Assembly (NCBI GenBank): GCA_951406725.2
Contig: OX597822.1
Coordinates: 33,418,001 to 33,482,000 of the forward strand
Source: Octopus vulgaris
Taxonomy: Eukaryota
Direction of reading: 5' to 3'
Length of the DNA: 64,000 nucleotides
Made by a program: the position numbers and the translations under genes. The notes below the pieces were generated by a model that was not told where the DNA came from, made no database searches, and was given only the letters and a program-made list of their open reading frames with translations. Shown here piece after piece: positions 51,289-64,000 of this stretch (position 1 is its first letter; each line of letters begins with the position of its first letter).

Positions 51289-51852
51289 CCTTTCTACCAT
51301 AGACACAAGGCCTGAAATTTGGTGGGGGGACAGCCGATTTGATCGACCCCAGTACACAACTGGTACTTAATTTATCAACCACAAAAGGATGAAAGGCAAA
51401 GTCGACCTCAGCAGAATTTGAACTCAGAATGTAACAGCAGACGAAATACCAATAAGCATTTCACCTGGTGTGCTAATGATTCTGCCAACTCACCGCCTTC
51501 TTAATAATAATTATGATGATGATGTTGATTTCCAATTTAGGCACAAGGCCAACTATTTTTAGGGGAGGGTTTAATAACACTGATCTCACTACTTAACTGG
51601 TACTTTATTTTGTAGATGTCCAAAACCATGAACTGCAAATCTGACCTCAGTAGGATTTGAACTCAGAACAATGAAGAGTTAAACGACACACCGTGGAGCA
51701 TTTTGTTTAGTCTGCTAGCAACTCTGCCTCTCCACAACCCTGAAAATCCTTTAGTCCCGTTTCTAATTTGAGTGTCAGGCCAACAATTCTGAAGGGAGGT
51801 ATTTAGTTGCTACCACCAACTCCCTTTACTGGACAGGTATTTTGTTCTGTTA

Positions 51853-52235
51853 ATAGGAGCACTCCGTCGGTTACGACGATGAGGGTCCCAGCTGATACGA
51901 TCAACGGAACAGCTTGCTTGTGGAATTAATGTGCAAGTGGCTGAGCATTCCACAGACACGTGTACCCTTAACGTAGTTCTCGAGGAGATTCAGCGTGATA
52001 CAGAGTGTGACAAGGCTGGCCCTTTGAAATACAGGTAAACAGAAACAGGAAGAAAGAGTAAGAGAAAGTTGTGGTGAAAGAGTACAGCAGGGTTCACCAC
52101 CACCCCCTGCAGGAGCCTTGTGAAGCTTTAGGTGTTTTCACTCAATAAACACTCACAATGCCCGGTCTGGGAATCGAAACCGCGATCCTACGACCGCGAG
52201 TCTGCTGCCCTAACCACTGGGCCATTGCGCCTCCA
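51853..52235 (-). mobile_element. tRNA-derived SINE, third head type (related ~28925-29390, 13635-13935, 61480-61735)
   Basis: Head GGCGCAATGGCCCAGTGGTTAGGGCAGCAGACTCGCGGTCGTAGGATCGCGGTTTCGATTCCC with A and B boxes. Confidence 0.8.
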
Positions 52236-54370
52236 CTTTTTGTTCTGTTAACCCCCAGAAGGATGATACCAAAGTTGACCTCAGCAGGTTTGATCTCAGA
52301 ACATAGCAAGCAAGACAAATTGGAAGTTACATGACTTTCGGTTTGGACAGTGACAGGAAATGATACAAACATCATGGGAAAGTGCACGTGCTTTTCATTT
52401 CACAATCATATATCATTCTATTTGCATTCAGACATTGTGAATTTGAGCAGCTTCTTTGAATTTATTATTGAATTCTATGTTGTATGCAGAGCACATATAA
52501 CTGCATGTTAAAACTGGAAGGAAAAGGAGAAGAAACAAGAGGGGGGAAAAAAAAAAATGTTAGAAAAGTTTCCATCCCAAAGATATAAATTATCTTTAAA
52601 AACCAAAAAGGAAACGACTTGTTCTCTCTTTTTTAAGAAAGCAATTAAAGAAAGTTGGACAACTTTTAAAAGACAGAAATGGACTGGTTACGACAGCAGC
52701 TGGTTTGGAAACATCATTCTCTCAAAGTAGTAGTAGTCTGTCTGCGACAGTGTGTATGTGTATGCGTGTGTGAGTATTAGTATGGGTCCATAGATACCTA
52801 TATATATATATATATATAATATATTTCTTTATTGCCCACAAGGGGCTAAACATAGAGGGGGCAAACAAGGACAGACAAAGGGATTAAGTCGATTATATCG
52901 ACCCAGTGCGAAACTGGTACTTTATTTATCGACCCCAAGAGGATGAAAGGCAAAGTCGACCCCGGCGGAATTTGAACTCAGAACGTAACGACAGACGAAA
53001 TACCGCTAAGTATTTCGTCCAGTGCGCTAACGTTTCTGCCAGCTCGCCACCTACATGTATATATATATATACAGGCGTAGGGGTGGCTGTGTGGTAAGTA
53101 TAGGCGTAGGGGCGGCTGTGTGGTAAGTATAGGCGTAGGAGTGGCTGTGTTGTAAGTAGCTTGCTTATGAACACTTGGTTCCGGGTTCAGTCCCATTGCA
53201 AGGCACCTTGGGCAAGTGTCTTCTAATTTATCCTCAGGCTGACCAAAGCCTTGTGAGTGGATTTGGTAGACGGAAACTGACAGAAGCCCATCGTATATAT
53301 GTATGTGTATGTGTGTCTGTGCTAGTCCCCCCAACATCGCTTGAAAACCAATGCTAGTGCGTTTACATCTCCGTAATTTAGCAGTTCGGCAAAAGAGACT
53401 GATAGAATAAAGAATAAGTCCTGGGGTCGATTTACTCAACTAAAGGCAGTTTTCCAGCATGGCCATAGTCACATGACTGAAACAAGTAAAAGAGTAAAAG
53501 AATATATATATAAAAACAGCATCTATCATCTTTGAAATTCGTAGACACTCTCACAGCACAGACGTGGACAATATATCACTTTCTCCAGATACAAACCAAT
53601 CAATAGCAAACACAACACCTGGCCAACAGTTTGGCAATTTATATCATGTCACCATGCTGTAATCTGATTGCGGCAAAGAAAAGACTTGAATGTTAAAATA
53701 CTTCAGCCCACCTAAGGAAGTAAATCAACACAAATTCGAAGGTTACAGGTTACTTCAGTAAGCAGTGGCTGCCTTGTAAAACTGATGAGTGCTTCAGTAG
53801 ATTTCAGGTAAAATTCCTCTTGAAGAATGAGAATAAGCCAATGAGGAAGCTCTTACACCAGTAATTTCAATCTTTTACAACCTAAAGCAAACCGAATATG
53901 GCACTAATAGTGTTATGGCATTTTGTCCGTGCCAGTGGCAAATAAAAAGCACCGACCAATCGTAGCTGTTGCCAGCCTCCCCTGGCACCTGTGCCGGTGG
54001 CACGTAAAAAGCATCCACTACACTCACAGAGTGGTTGGCATTAGGAAGGGCATCCAGCTGTAGAAACACTGCCAGATCACACTGGAGCCTGGTGCAGCCT
54101 CCTGGCTTCCCAGACCCCAGTCAAACCGGCCAACCCATGCTAGCATGGAAAACAGATGTTAAACAACGACAATGATGATGATGACTATATAAAAAAAGAG
54201 GGTATCTTTTACCTTTCTTTTATTTTTTGTTTCAGTCATTAGACTACAGCCATGCTGGGGCAGCCCATCTCTTCTGCGGAATAGCTAAGTTATGGGAGAC
54301 ATCTCTGTTATAAGTGAGTTTGAGTTGTGTGTAGCATCCACTATTATTATTATTATTATTATTATTATTG

Positions 54371-54730
54371 CCTTCGCCTAAGTGAAGGTTGGGGTATTGT
54401 TTTCAGTCGTGCTTGTTTGTTTGTCCATGGACAAGATATTTCAAGAACTGCTGGATGATTCGGATGAAACTTTCAGGGATGCTTGGCTTCGTGACTGGCA
54501 TGAAGTGATTAGATTTTGTGGGATCAATCCAGTACCGGACAAGGATTCTGGATTATTTTTCTTGCTTTTTTTTACTTAATTTTTGAGAGTGGTTGGGTTC
54601 ATTTTTAGCATTCTCGTTTGTGAGAGCAGTCGAGTTTATTTCAGATATTCTCATTTTAAAAATCATCTCTGGCTAGTTGTTGGGAGGACATTGGTGTTGC
54701 CTTGGTAGAGGTTTTGCACTCTCTGAATAT
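54371..54730 (+). mobile_element. Non-autonomous Helitron/Helentron-like (HINE/DINE-1-like) element; second copy reversed at ~62119-62471
   Basis: 5' hairpin CCTTCGCC..GAAGG, GTTT repeats, 3' CCTTGG..GAGGTTTTGCACTCTCTGA; two clearly homologous copies; superfamily inferred from structure only. Confidence 0.5.
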
Positions 54731-54741
54731 ACTTGTCATTA

Positions 54742-54790
<49 letters not shown>

Positions 54791-54975
54791 AGTGGTGAGC
54801 TGGCAGAATCATAAATATACTGGGCAAAATGCTCCGAGTTCAGATTCTGGCAAGCTCAACATAGCCTTTCATCCTTTCAGGGTCAATAAAATAACTACAA
54901 GTTAAGCACTGGACTCAATGTAATCGACTTAGCTCTACTGCTAAAAATCACAGGCATTGTGCCAAAATTTGAAAC

Positions 54976-55021
<46 letters not shown>

Positions 55022-58000
55022 GTTAAGGTAGTGTGACCAGGCAGAATCGTTAGAATGTTGGACAAAATGCTTAGTAACAATTCTTCTGGTTTTACATTTT
55101 GAGTTCAAGTTCCGAGGTCAACTTTGCCGTTCATCCTTTTGAATCAATGAAATGAGTACCAGTTGAGTACTGGGGTGAATGTAATTGACTAACCCCCTCC
55201 CTCAAAATTTCAGGCCTTGTGCCTATAATAGAGAGAATTTATTAACATTAAATTCCACCAAGGGTCAACTTTACCTTACATTATTATATGGTCGATAAGT
55301 AACTACTAGTTGTGCACCGGGAGGTGGGGGTGGGGGTGTCAATGTAATCAACTTCCCCTTTCTTTCTCTAGTTTTGTGCCAAGATTTGAAACCATTATTA
55401 TTATTCTTAACGACCACAGAATACATATTCTTCCAAAACTATCCTAGAATACTTTTCAAAAACAAAAATAAGCCTTTTATGTAGGTATAGGTATAATTAG
55501 TTATTTCAAGAAAGCTTCTCTGAATTATCAACACAAGAAGCAATTGTGGTTAAATGGTATCAAATAAAGTGATTGGTTTGCTGACAAGTTTGGACCTAAT
55601 GACATCAGAACAATAATACAAACTCAGATCAAAAGACAAAAGACTATTCCCTGTCTAAGTCACATGTCATTAGATCTGAATAAATGACAATTTATACTTT
55701 TTCTCTTTCAGACTTCTGGGAATGATCTCAATCTTTACTTAGCTCTCCCCCTCTCTTTACTCTCTATTTCTCTTTATCTATCTATCTATCTATCTATTTC
55801 TCTCAATTGTACTTTTGATATAAAATAACAGATAAATAAAGTCTTATAATTCTATGGGTGATTGAAGATACTTTTGTCTTTCGGACAATGTCCTGAAGTA
55901 AGATACACTGAAATAACTGAGAGAAATTTGGCAAAGTGGAACTTAACTACTTCCAGACCCCAGGATGAGAGAGTCTTCTCAAAATTCAAAGGTTTTTTTT
56001 TCTAAGAGAAGGGCCACAACAAATAATCACAGGCTCTCTCCCTGGCTCATGGGCCATGGACCAATGTACCAGGCAAATCCAACTGACCCACCTCACAGAC
56101 CATGACCCTGTGGGTAGAGATGAGGTCAGCATTGTAAACTAACATCCCAACAATTAAACAATGCCACCACTACATAAAGGAGTAAATTCTTTCCTTGTTC
56201 TTTCTTTAGTCTATGCCACCTTACTCATAGGCATTGATTCCAATTTAAGAGAAAGTTTGCTTCCAGGCTGTGCAAGATGACATTGCACATGCCAACTCCG
56301 AGACAGTGCATAGTCTTGTGTCTCACATAAGTTCAAAGGCATACATCACGCGAGCCTGATCATCAGGCTTGAACATCCCCATGCAGTTATAGCAGAAAAT
56401 ACCCAGGGACAGGTTGCTCTGTTTGATAAAAACAGTGGCCTACAAACTTTAGCCATCTTTGTTTGAAGTCGGTCTCTCAATAAATCACCTGAACTCAAAG
56501 AGAACATTATGACCATACTCTTTGGTGAAAATACTGGTGTAGATGATCTTAGACTTTCATCAAGGCCCATTGAGTCATCTGTCAATTTCTGCCACCTAAG
56601 CTCTCCCGTATTCTCCCTACCAGTGCAGATGTTAACATTCGCCTTTCATACTTAATTTGTCGACCCTGAAAGGATGAAAGGCAAAGCCGACCTCGGCGGA
56701 ATTTGAACTAAGAACCTAAAGACTGACGAAATGCCACTAAGCATTTCACCTGGTGTGCTAATGTTTCTGCCAGCTCACCGCCTTAAAACACATAAATATT
56801 AATATCATTCATGGACAGTATTTAATTTCTTTAGCCCTATTATTAGTATTTTTCTGTTGAAACAAATTTTTCGTCCAATTGATTTTGAAATTAATAAAGA
56901 ATTTAGTAAAATAATTTTGTCATTATGAAGTTGGTATTTGGATCAAAAATTAGTTTCAAATTATGGCACAGGGCCAGCAATTTTGGTGGATAAATTGATA
57001 ATATCAATCCCAGTGTTCAACTAGTACTTATTTTATCAAATCTGAATTTGAACTCAGAATTTGAACTCAAAACAGCAGACACAGAAAATGCCACTAAGCA
57101 TTTTGCCAGGCATGCTAACAATTCTGCCAACTTTCCGCTTTGTTTATATCATAAAATTTAACATGAGCTTTTGATAGGTTAGGTCAGGTCAGGTCAAATA
57201 TGGTAAAGGGGCATGCACCATTGCATGTCACTGCGCCCACCATTTATCAGTATATTCTCAGGTCACCCTAAACAACCCTGCCAACAGTGTTTCAGTCAGT
57301 CCCCACTTCTCTGAGATGCTTCCTCATCCACTGTGACCACATGGCATGAGGTCAACCAACACGAGCCCTCACCCCAGCCAGATCCTCAGACAAGAGAACA
57401 CAATATACAGGATTCAACTCAGAAAATCAAACAACATGACTGGCAACAAAGTTTGAGAGAGGGTTTTAATTTAGATCACCTTAAACCAGGTTTGTATCCT
57501 AGAGCAAGGTGCGGTCTCAGGTATGTCGGTATAAAATTGGTTAACAATCTAAGACGCGGTAAGAAGCTTGCTTCTCAACAACATGGTTCCAGGTTCAGTC
57601 CCACTGTGTGGCACCTTGGGCAAATGTTTTCTACTACAGCCTTGAACTGACCAAAGCCTTGTGAGTGAATTTGGTAGGTGGAAACTGTAAGAAGCCCGAT
57701 GGATATGTGTGTGTGTGTGTCTTTGTCACCCACCACTGCTTGGCAACCACTGCTCCTTCACAAGCAGTGTTTGGTGTATTTAGATCAACATAACTTAGTG
57801 GTTCAGCAAAAGGGACTGGTAGAATAAGAACCAAGCTTAAAACAAAATCAAGTACTGGTGTTGATTCATTAAATAAAAAATTCTTTGGTGCCCCAAACAA
57901 CTGCAGTCTAATGGCTAAAACAAGTAAAAAGATAAAGAATAGTCAATGAGAGATGAAAATACCAAAAAAGGAAAAAAAAGAAAGAAAGAAAAAACAAGAG

Positions 58001-58144
58001 AAAAAAGACGGAAGTTGTTATGAATAGTTGTTGACTGAGAGGGAAAGAGAAGTGTTGGGAAGCTTCAAGAATTTGATAGAGGGCCATTTTTTAATTATTC
58101 GGTTGTTTTTTTTTTTTTTGGTTGTTATTTTTGTTTTCTTATAC

Positions 58145-58174
58145 CAATAAAGTGTTTTGTTTAACAATAACAGA
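58145..58174 (-). CDS. Candidate 30-nt microexon (SVIVKQNTLL) in the N-terminal region
   Basis: Long U tract, then UGC, then TAG acceptor; TTG|GTATAA donor; phase 0/0. Confidence 0.25.
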
Positions 58175-58911
58175 CTATCATTATCCGCAAGGAAAAAAAA
58201 AGAGAAACATTTGAAAGCAGCCATCAAGAAGAGCAGTGACAGAAGCTTTGTTTAAAAAGCAAATGGGTCTCTTTTTTTTTATGTGTAATTAAGAAGAGAC
58301 AGTAAAACAAAACAGGAACCATGTGAGCAGATGAAAACCTAAAGCTAAAACTCAGATAATACCAACATTTTTTTTTTATATAACAAGAACAACAACATCA
58401 ATAACAACAGTACATTATATTTAGCAAAAAAGCAAAAAGAAAAGGCAAACGGAAATTTTCTGCTCAACAAGAAAAAATCCAGCTTATTAGAAAAGTAATA
58501 TATGTCACTAGTGTAGAGTGGAACCTATAATTAGTGAAGAAATTTGGACAAAAGTCTTCGCATGACATTCATGTGTCCGACAGTAATTGATTCATAAATG
58601 AAAAGAGAGAGGGGGAGAGTAATAGAAACAGAACACAAATGAAATGAGAAACAAAAAGAAAGAAAGTAACAAACAATGTATAGTTAAAGGAGATGACACT
58701 ACTTCTAAATGACAACAACTACTGAAAAGGTACGCACATATGATAGGTTGCAGGTGTGGCTGTGTAGTAAAGAAGTTTGCTTCACAGCCACATAGTTCCG
58801 GGTTCGGTTCCACTGCATGGCACCTTGGGCAAGTGACTTCTACTATCGTCTCGGGCCGACCAAAGCATTGTGAGTAAACTTAGCAGACAGAAACTGAAAG
58901 CAGCTCATCAC

Positions 58912-58952
<41 letters not shown>

Positions 58953-59199
58953 TGCATAAGAGGGATGACCACTAAGTGGACATCCATTATGCTAGACCAC
59001 TAAGAAAAGATTGTTCTCAAGAAAATTCAGCAAACGCCAGAACATAAGCGAGCAAGACAAAATGTCCTTCTTATACATATGTAATATAATTTTTCTGAAT
59101 CTTCAGATTTTTCAATATGCTAGGCCACTGGTTTTAAATTGATATAAATCAAATTAATATTCAATTTTTCACTCTTATTATTTAAATTTATATATCTGA

Positions 59200-59680
59200 T
59201 TGTGAAGACCCGACAAATGAAGTGAGTTCATGGCTCGCAGGACGGCCTGCTGTGCTAAACTTGGATCGTAGAGTGACCCGTTGTGCTTGAGGAGACCTAT
59301 TGAGTCAAGTACGTCAATACCAACATCAAAATAAAAATCAAATGGAAATTGTAATTAAGATACCCGTGCCGGTGACACATAAAAAGCACCATCCGAACGT
59401 GGCAGATGCCAGCGCCACCTGACTGGCGTCCGTGTCAGTGACACATAAAAGCACCAACCAATCGTGACCATTTGCCAGCCTCCTCTGGCCCCTGTGTCAG
59501 TGGCACATAAAAAACACCCACTACACTCTTGGAGTGGTTGGCGTTAGGATGAGCATCCAGCTGTAGAAACACTGCCAGATCAGACTGGAGCCTGGTACAG
59601 CCTCCTGGCTTCCCAGACCCCGGCCGAACCGTCCAACCCATGCTAGCATGGAAAACGGACGTTAAACGATGATGATGATG
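59200..59680 (+). mobile_element. SINE-like element with RTE-related segment and (GAT)n tail (copies also ~17418-17815, 28590-28815, 36690-36920, 37793-38055, 42565-42905, 47805-48360, 53925-54185, 62945-63390, 63708-64000)
   Basis: Shared GTTGGCGTTAGGAAGGGCATCCAGCTGTAGAAAC...CCATGCTAGCATGGAAAACGGACGTTAAACGATGATG consensus, with internal ~55-bp sub-repeats. Confidence 0.85.
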
Positions 59681-59683
59681 ATG

Positions 59684-59731
<48 letters not shown>

Positions 59732-60108
59732 CAGCAAAAATATTCAGTATCGAAAAATAACAACAATATTAATATAGGTGGTTGCAGGCCTAAATCAGAG
59801 GTATATAGCTGTAGAATTAAAATTATATCAATCAAAGGACACACTGAGGTGTCTACCTGCTAGAAATAAGAGTTAAAACCTTCGTTTGATCCACTAAAAA
59901 TTACACTGGTGAGTGAACCGATCCCCCACATCCTATTATAACATAATGCTATATATTTAATGGAATGGGTATATATGTGGACCGGTTTTAACTCTTATAA
60001 CTACCAGATAGACACTTGATATATATATATATATATATGGCATTTGCCATGATAGATTGCTACCCACTACACATTGTTTATTTTCTCTCCTTGTTTCTGT
60101 CTGTGTTC

Positions 60109-60144
60109 CTTTCTGTGGAAGAGCATAGGCTCAAAACGTTAAAG
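60109..60144 (+). ncRNA. Degenerate hammerhead-like motif, CUGUGGA core (family B)
   Basis: CUUU-CUGUGGA-A-GAGC(AUAG)GCUC-AAAA-CG-UU-AAAG; GAAA changed to AAAA at a CpG. Confidence 0.45.
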
Positions 60145-60261
60145 ACTTTTCATTTCCCAAGTGTTATACTAATACATCTATTTGTTGTCTCACCACCTGC
60201 CTTTGTCTTTTGCTTTTTTGTGAATTCTCCCTATATATATATATATATATATATTTGTATG

Positions 60262-60294
<33 letters not shown>

Positions 60295-60401
60295 ATATAT
60301 ATATATATGTATGTATATATACGTATGTATATATATATATATGTATGTATATATACGTATGTATGTATATATATGTGTGTGTGTGTGTGTATGTATGTAT
60401 A

Positions 60402-60458
<57 letters not shown>

Positions 60459-62699
60459 GTGTCATTGAATTTGACAGCCATGTCTATGTTATGTCCCCAT
60501 AACTTAGCAGTTCAGCAAAGGGGAGTGATAGAATAAATGCTAGGCTTCACCAAAAAAATTAGTACTTGGGGTCAATTAGTTCAACTAAAATTCTTCAAGG
60601 CAGTGCCCCAGCATGGCCACAGCGTAATGATTGAAACAAGTTAAAGATAAAAGATTAGTCCCAAGAACCACTGAAAAATTGGTGCACTTCTGAAGGAGCC
60701 AATTAATTAGAAAGTTTTCAAGTCAATGACAAAATGTAAAAATATAATGTGGAAGAAAAAAAAGCAGGAAAGAAAAGCAAAAACAATAGATTAAAAAAAG
60801 CACACAAAAAAAAAAAAAAGTAAATGAGCTACCAGGCAGTTAGTAATTATGGATCAGGCTAATTATGGATCTTAGAAACATCTTTTGCTGCCAATTTTTT
60901 TCCTACTTAATTCTGATCTTTTTCTTCATGAAATCATTCTTCTTACTATGGATTCCTCAGAACAAAACAATAAATTCTTCAAACCACTCCCACCCCTCAC
61001 TTATTTGTGAAACGGAAGGGTGGAGATTGTTTATTTTATTTATGTTGTAGTTGTTTTCTTTACTTTTTTTATATTCTAATGGTACAAGTACATATGTGTG
61101 GTTATGAAGCTCAACTGTGCAACCACGTGGTTTCCGGTTCAGTCCCACAGCACAGCACTTAGGGTGTGTGTCTTCTACTACAGCACCGGGGCCAACCAAT
61201 GTTTTGTGAGAGAATTTCACATATGAGACTGCGTGGAAACTCATCATATATGTATGTGTGTGTCTGTGATTGCCCACCTCTCCCCACACCGCTTGACAAC
61301 CAGTGTTGGTTTGTCTACATCCATGTAACCTTGCAGTTCAGCAAAAGATACTGATAGAAAAAGGACCAGACTTAAAAAGAATAAACACTGGCATTGATCA
61401 GTTCAACTACATGAGAACGTAAAGACGCTTTATACAGAAATCTGTTTGTCAAATAAATTTAGATGGGACAAATTATAGGAGGTAAGTTTTGATTCCCAGA
61501 CCAGGTGTTGTGTGTGTTTATTAAGCGAAAACACCTAAAGCTCCATGAGGCTCCAGCAAGGGGTGATGGTGACCCCTGTTGTACTCTTTTGCCCCAACTT
61601 TCTCTTACTCTCTCTTCCTGTTTCTTAAGTAACGCTGTGATGGACTGGCGTCTCGTCCAGCTGATGGGAATACATATGCCATAGAAACCTGGAAAACCAG
61701 CCCATGAGCCTGGCTAGGCTTGAAAAGGGTGCATAAATAAGAAAATAAAGGTTTTAAGAGAATCTGATGGCTGGAACCAGTAAAAGATAAAAGATGACTT
61801 CATCAGAAAAGGAAAGAGGGAGCCTATAATACTCTTTTCAGCACCTACAAGACTCATGGAGAGAAAGTTATCATCAAGGATGGAGACTTGATATCCTGAA
61901 AGCTGGAACCATATTGGACTTTATTAAATGTATCCAAGAATTACATGGCTGTGGTTTGAAGCGGCAATATAAGGTAGATGGAAATTCAATTGCCGTACTG
62001 CAGATAGCTTCTCTAGTGCCCATGGCATACTAAAATGCACACAGTCAATGCTGTAAAATGATTGGTGAACAGGGAGAGCATTGAGGTGTTTAAAAAAAAA
62101 AAAGATTAAAAACAAGAACACTCAGAGAGTGCAAACCTCCACCTAGGCAACACTAACGTCCTCTCAATAATTAGCCAGAGACAATTTTTAAAATGAGAAT
62201 ATCTGAAATAAACACGACTGCTCTCACAAATGGGAATACTAAAAATGAACCTGACTGCTCTCAAAAATTAAGTAAAAAACCAGAAAAATAATCCAGAGTC
62301 CTTGTCCAGTACCAGATTGATCCCAATATCTAATCAGTTTGTGCCAGTGATGAGGCCAAACATCCCTGAAAGTTTTATTCAAATCCATCCAATGGTTCTT
62401 GAGATATCTTGTCCACAAACAAACAAACATGACTGAAAATAATCCCTCCACCTTTGCTAAGGCGGAGGTAATAAATAAAATAAAGGAGGGAATGAGGTGA
62501 TATAGACTACAGAAGCCCCAGGGTTGGCAACCTGTTGAAGAGAAGAGTAATTCTGAATAATGATGATGACAAAAGATAGAGAGGACTTGACTCTTTTAGA
62601 CATGAGGTAGGGAAAGTCTCTGAAGCCTGTGGCTCGACGAAATGTGCTCAGTCAATGGTGTAGCATGATACACTAAACCAAACCTCAAAGTTCTGTTTG

Positions 62700-62943
62700 T
62701 TCTAACCAATGAGCAGCTTTATGAAAATCTACCCGAAGAGACAGAAAAGATTCAGTAGAGAAGTATAAGAATTTCTGGTTGTTGCATTAGACACCCAGAA
62801 GAACCTGTGTCGACTGGTTTTCTGGCAGTCGGTTGAAGGAAGAATCAACAGGGGAAGAAAAGATCTAATCTATGTGGACGACTTGCTTCAGGGCAGTAGA
62901 ATGGTAAATGTTGACAGATTAAGAACATGCATTGCATGATCGA
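62700..62943 (+). mobile_element. RTE-like LINE C-terminal fragment
   Basis: TNEQLYENLP...ISGCCIRHPEEP...LVFWQSVEGRINRGRKDLIYVDDL resembles the RTE post-RT region. Confidence 0.65.
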
Positions 62944-64000
62944 GTATGATCGTTACCAGCGTCGCTTTACTGGCACTTATGCCTGTGCTAGTAGGGTGCC
63001 AAGAACACCATTCTAGCGTGATCGTTGTGATCGTTGCCAGAGCAGCCAACTGGCTTCCGTACCCATGGCATGTAAAAGGGCATCATTTGAGCATGATCGT
63101 TACCAACATTGCTTCACTGGCACCTGTGTCAGTGGCATGTGTAAAAAGATTCGAGCAAGGTCATAGCCAGTACCGCCTGACTGGTCCCCGTGCAGGTGGC
63201 ACGTAAAAAGCACCCACTACACTCTCGGAGTGGTTGGCATTAGGAAGGGCATCCAGCTGTAGAAATTCTGCCAGATCAAGACTGGAGCCTGGTGCAGCCA
63301 TCTGGTTGCCAGTCCTCAGTCAAAACCGTCCAACCCATGCTAGCATGGAAAACGGATGTTAAATGATGATGATGATGATGATGATGATGATTGTGGACCA
63401 TGATGGATGGCGTGTTTGTGTGAAATCACTGAAGCATCCAGGAGTACGGCCAAATTAAAACTAACTTGTTCTTCTTTTCCCAAAAAACATTATTTATTTA
63501 TGTATTCATGGGTAGAATTGTTTGTATCTTGTAGCAAATATACTCCATGTCACCACCACTATTTAATAACTAGATACCCTTCCAGCTTATAACTACTCAA
63601 CTGAAAACTAAGATTAGAACCTTATCTGTCTTAGACATAGACACACAAATATACATACAGGTATGAGCATAAGTAGGTATACAATTACTTAATGAGTGGA
63701 ATATTGTTATCATCATCATCATCATCATCATCATTTAACATCCGCTTTCCATGCTAGCATGGGTTGGACGATTTGACTGAGGTCTGGCAAACCAGATGGC
63801 TGCACCAGGCTCCAATCTGATCTGGCAGAGTTTCTACAGGTGGATGCTCTTCCTAATGCCAACCACTCTGAGAATGTAGTAGGTGCTTTTATGTGCCACC
63901 GGCACGAGGGCCAGTCAGGTGGTACTGGCAACGGCCACGCTCAAATGGTGATTTTTATGTGCCACCTGCACAGGAGCCAGTCCAGCGGCACTGGCAACAA

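Noticed and set aside
56260-56610. Complex, coding-like stretch, possibly an exon or LINE RT remnant
   Set aside because: Stops in the plausible frames and only faint resemblance to RT motifs; it cannot be assigned without a search.

Overview
AT-rich, microsatellite- and SINE-dense animal genomic DNA; the repeat families look cephalopod (Octopus-like), which is inference. The window lies inside one large minus-strand gene, a Na-K-2Cl cotransporter (SLC12A2/NKCC1-like). I traced 16 GT-AG exons (34961 to 9237, 2140 nt, frame-consistent) covering all 12 TM segments and the first half of the C-terminal domain. The canonical N-terminal and last exons were not found and probably lie outside the window. 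Candidate extras are an ATG-containing alternative first exon (40715-40816) and two 30-nt frame-preserving microexons (3259-3288, 58145-58174). The introns hold tRNA-derived SINEs, RTE LINE fragments, Tc1/mariner relics, MITEs and a 24-bp minisatellite of octamer (ATGCAAAT) sites. The most unusual signal is several unrelated short repeat families carrying minimal, Penelope-type hammerhead ribozyme motifs. One is a TSD-flanked palindromic element joining a tRNA-like Pol III head to a hammerhead tail; another has a fixed CUGUNGA core variant. All calls were made by eye, and repeat boundaries are approximate.
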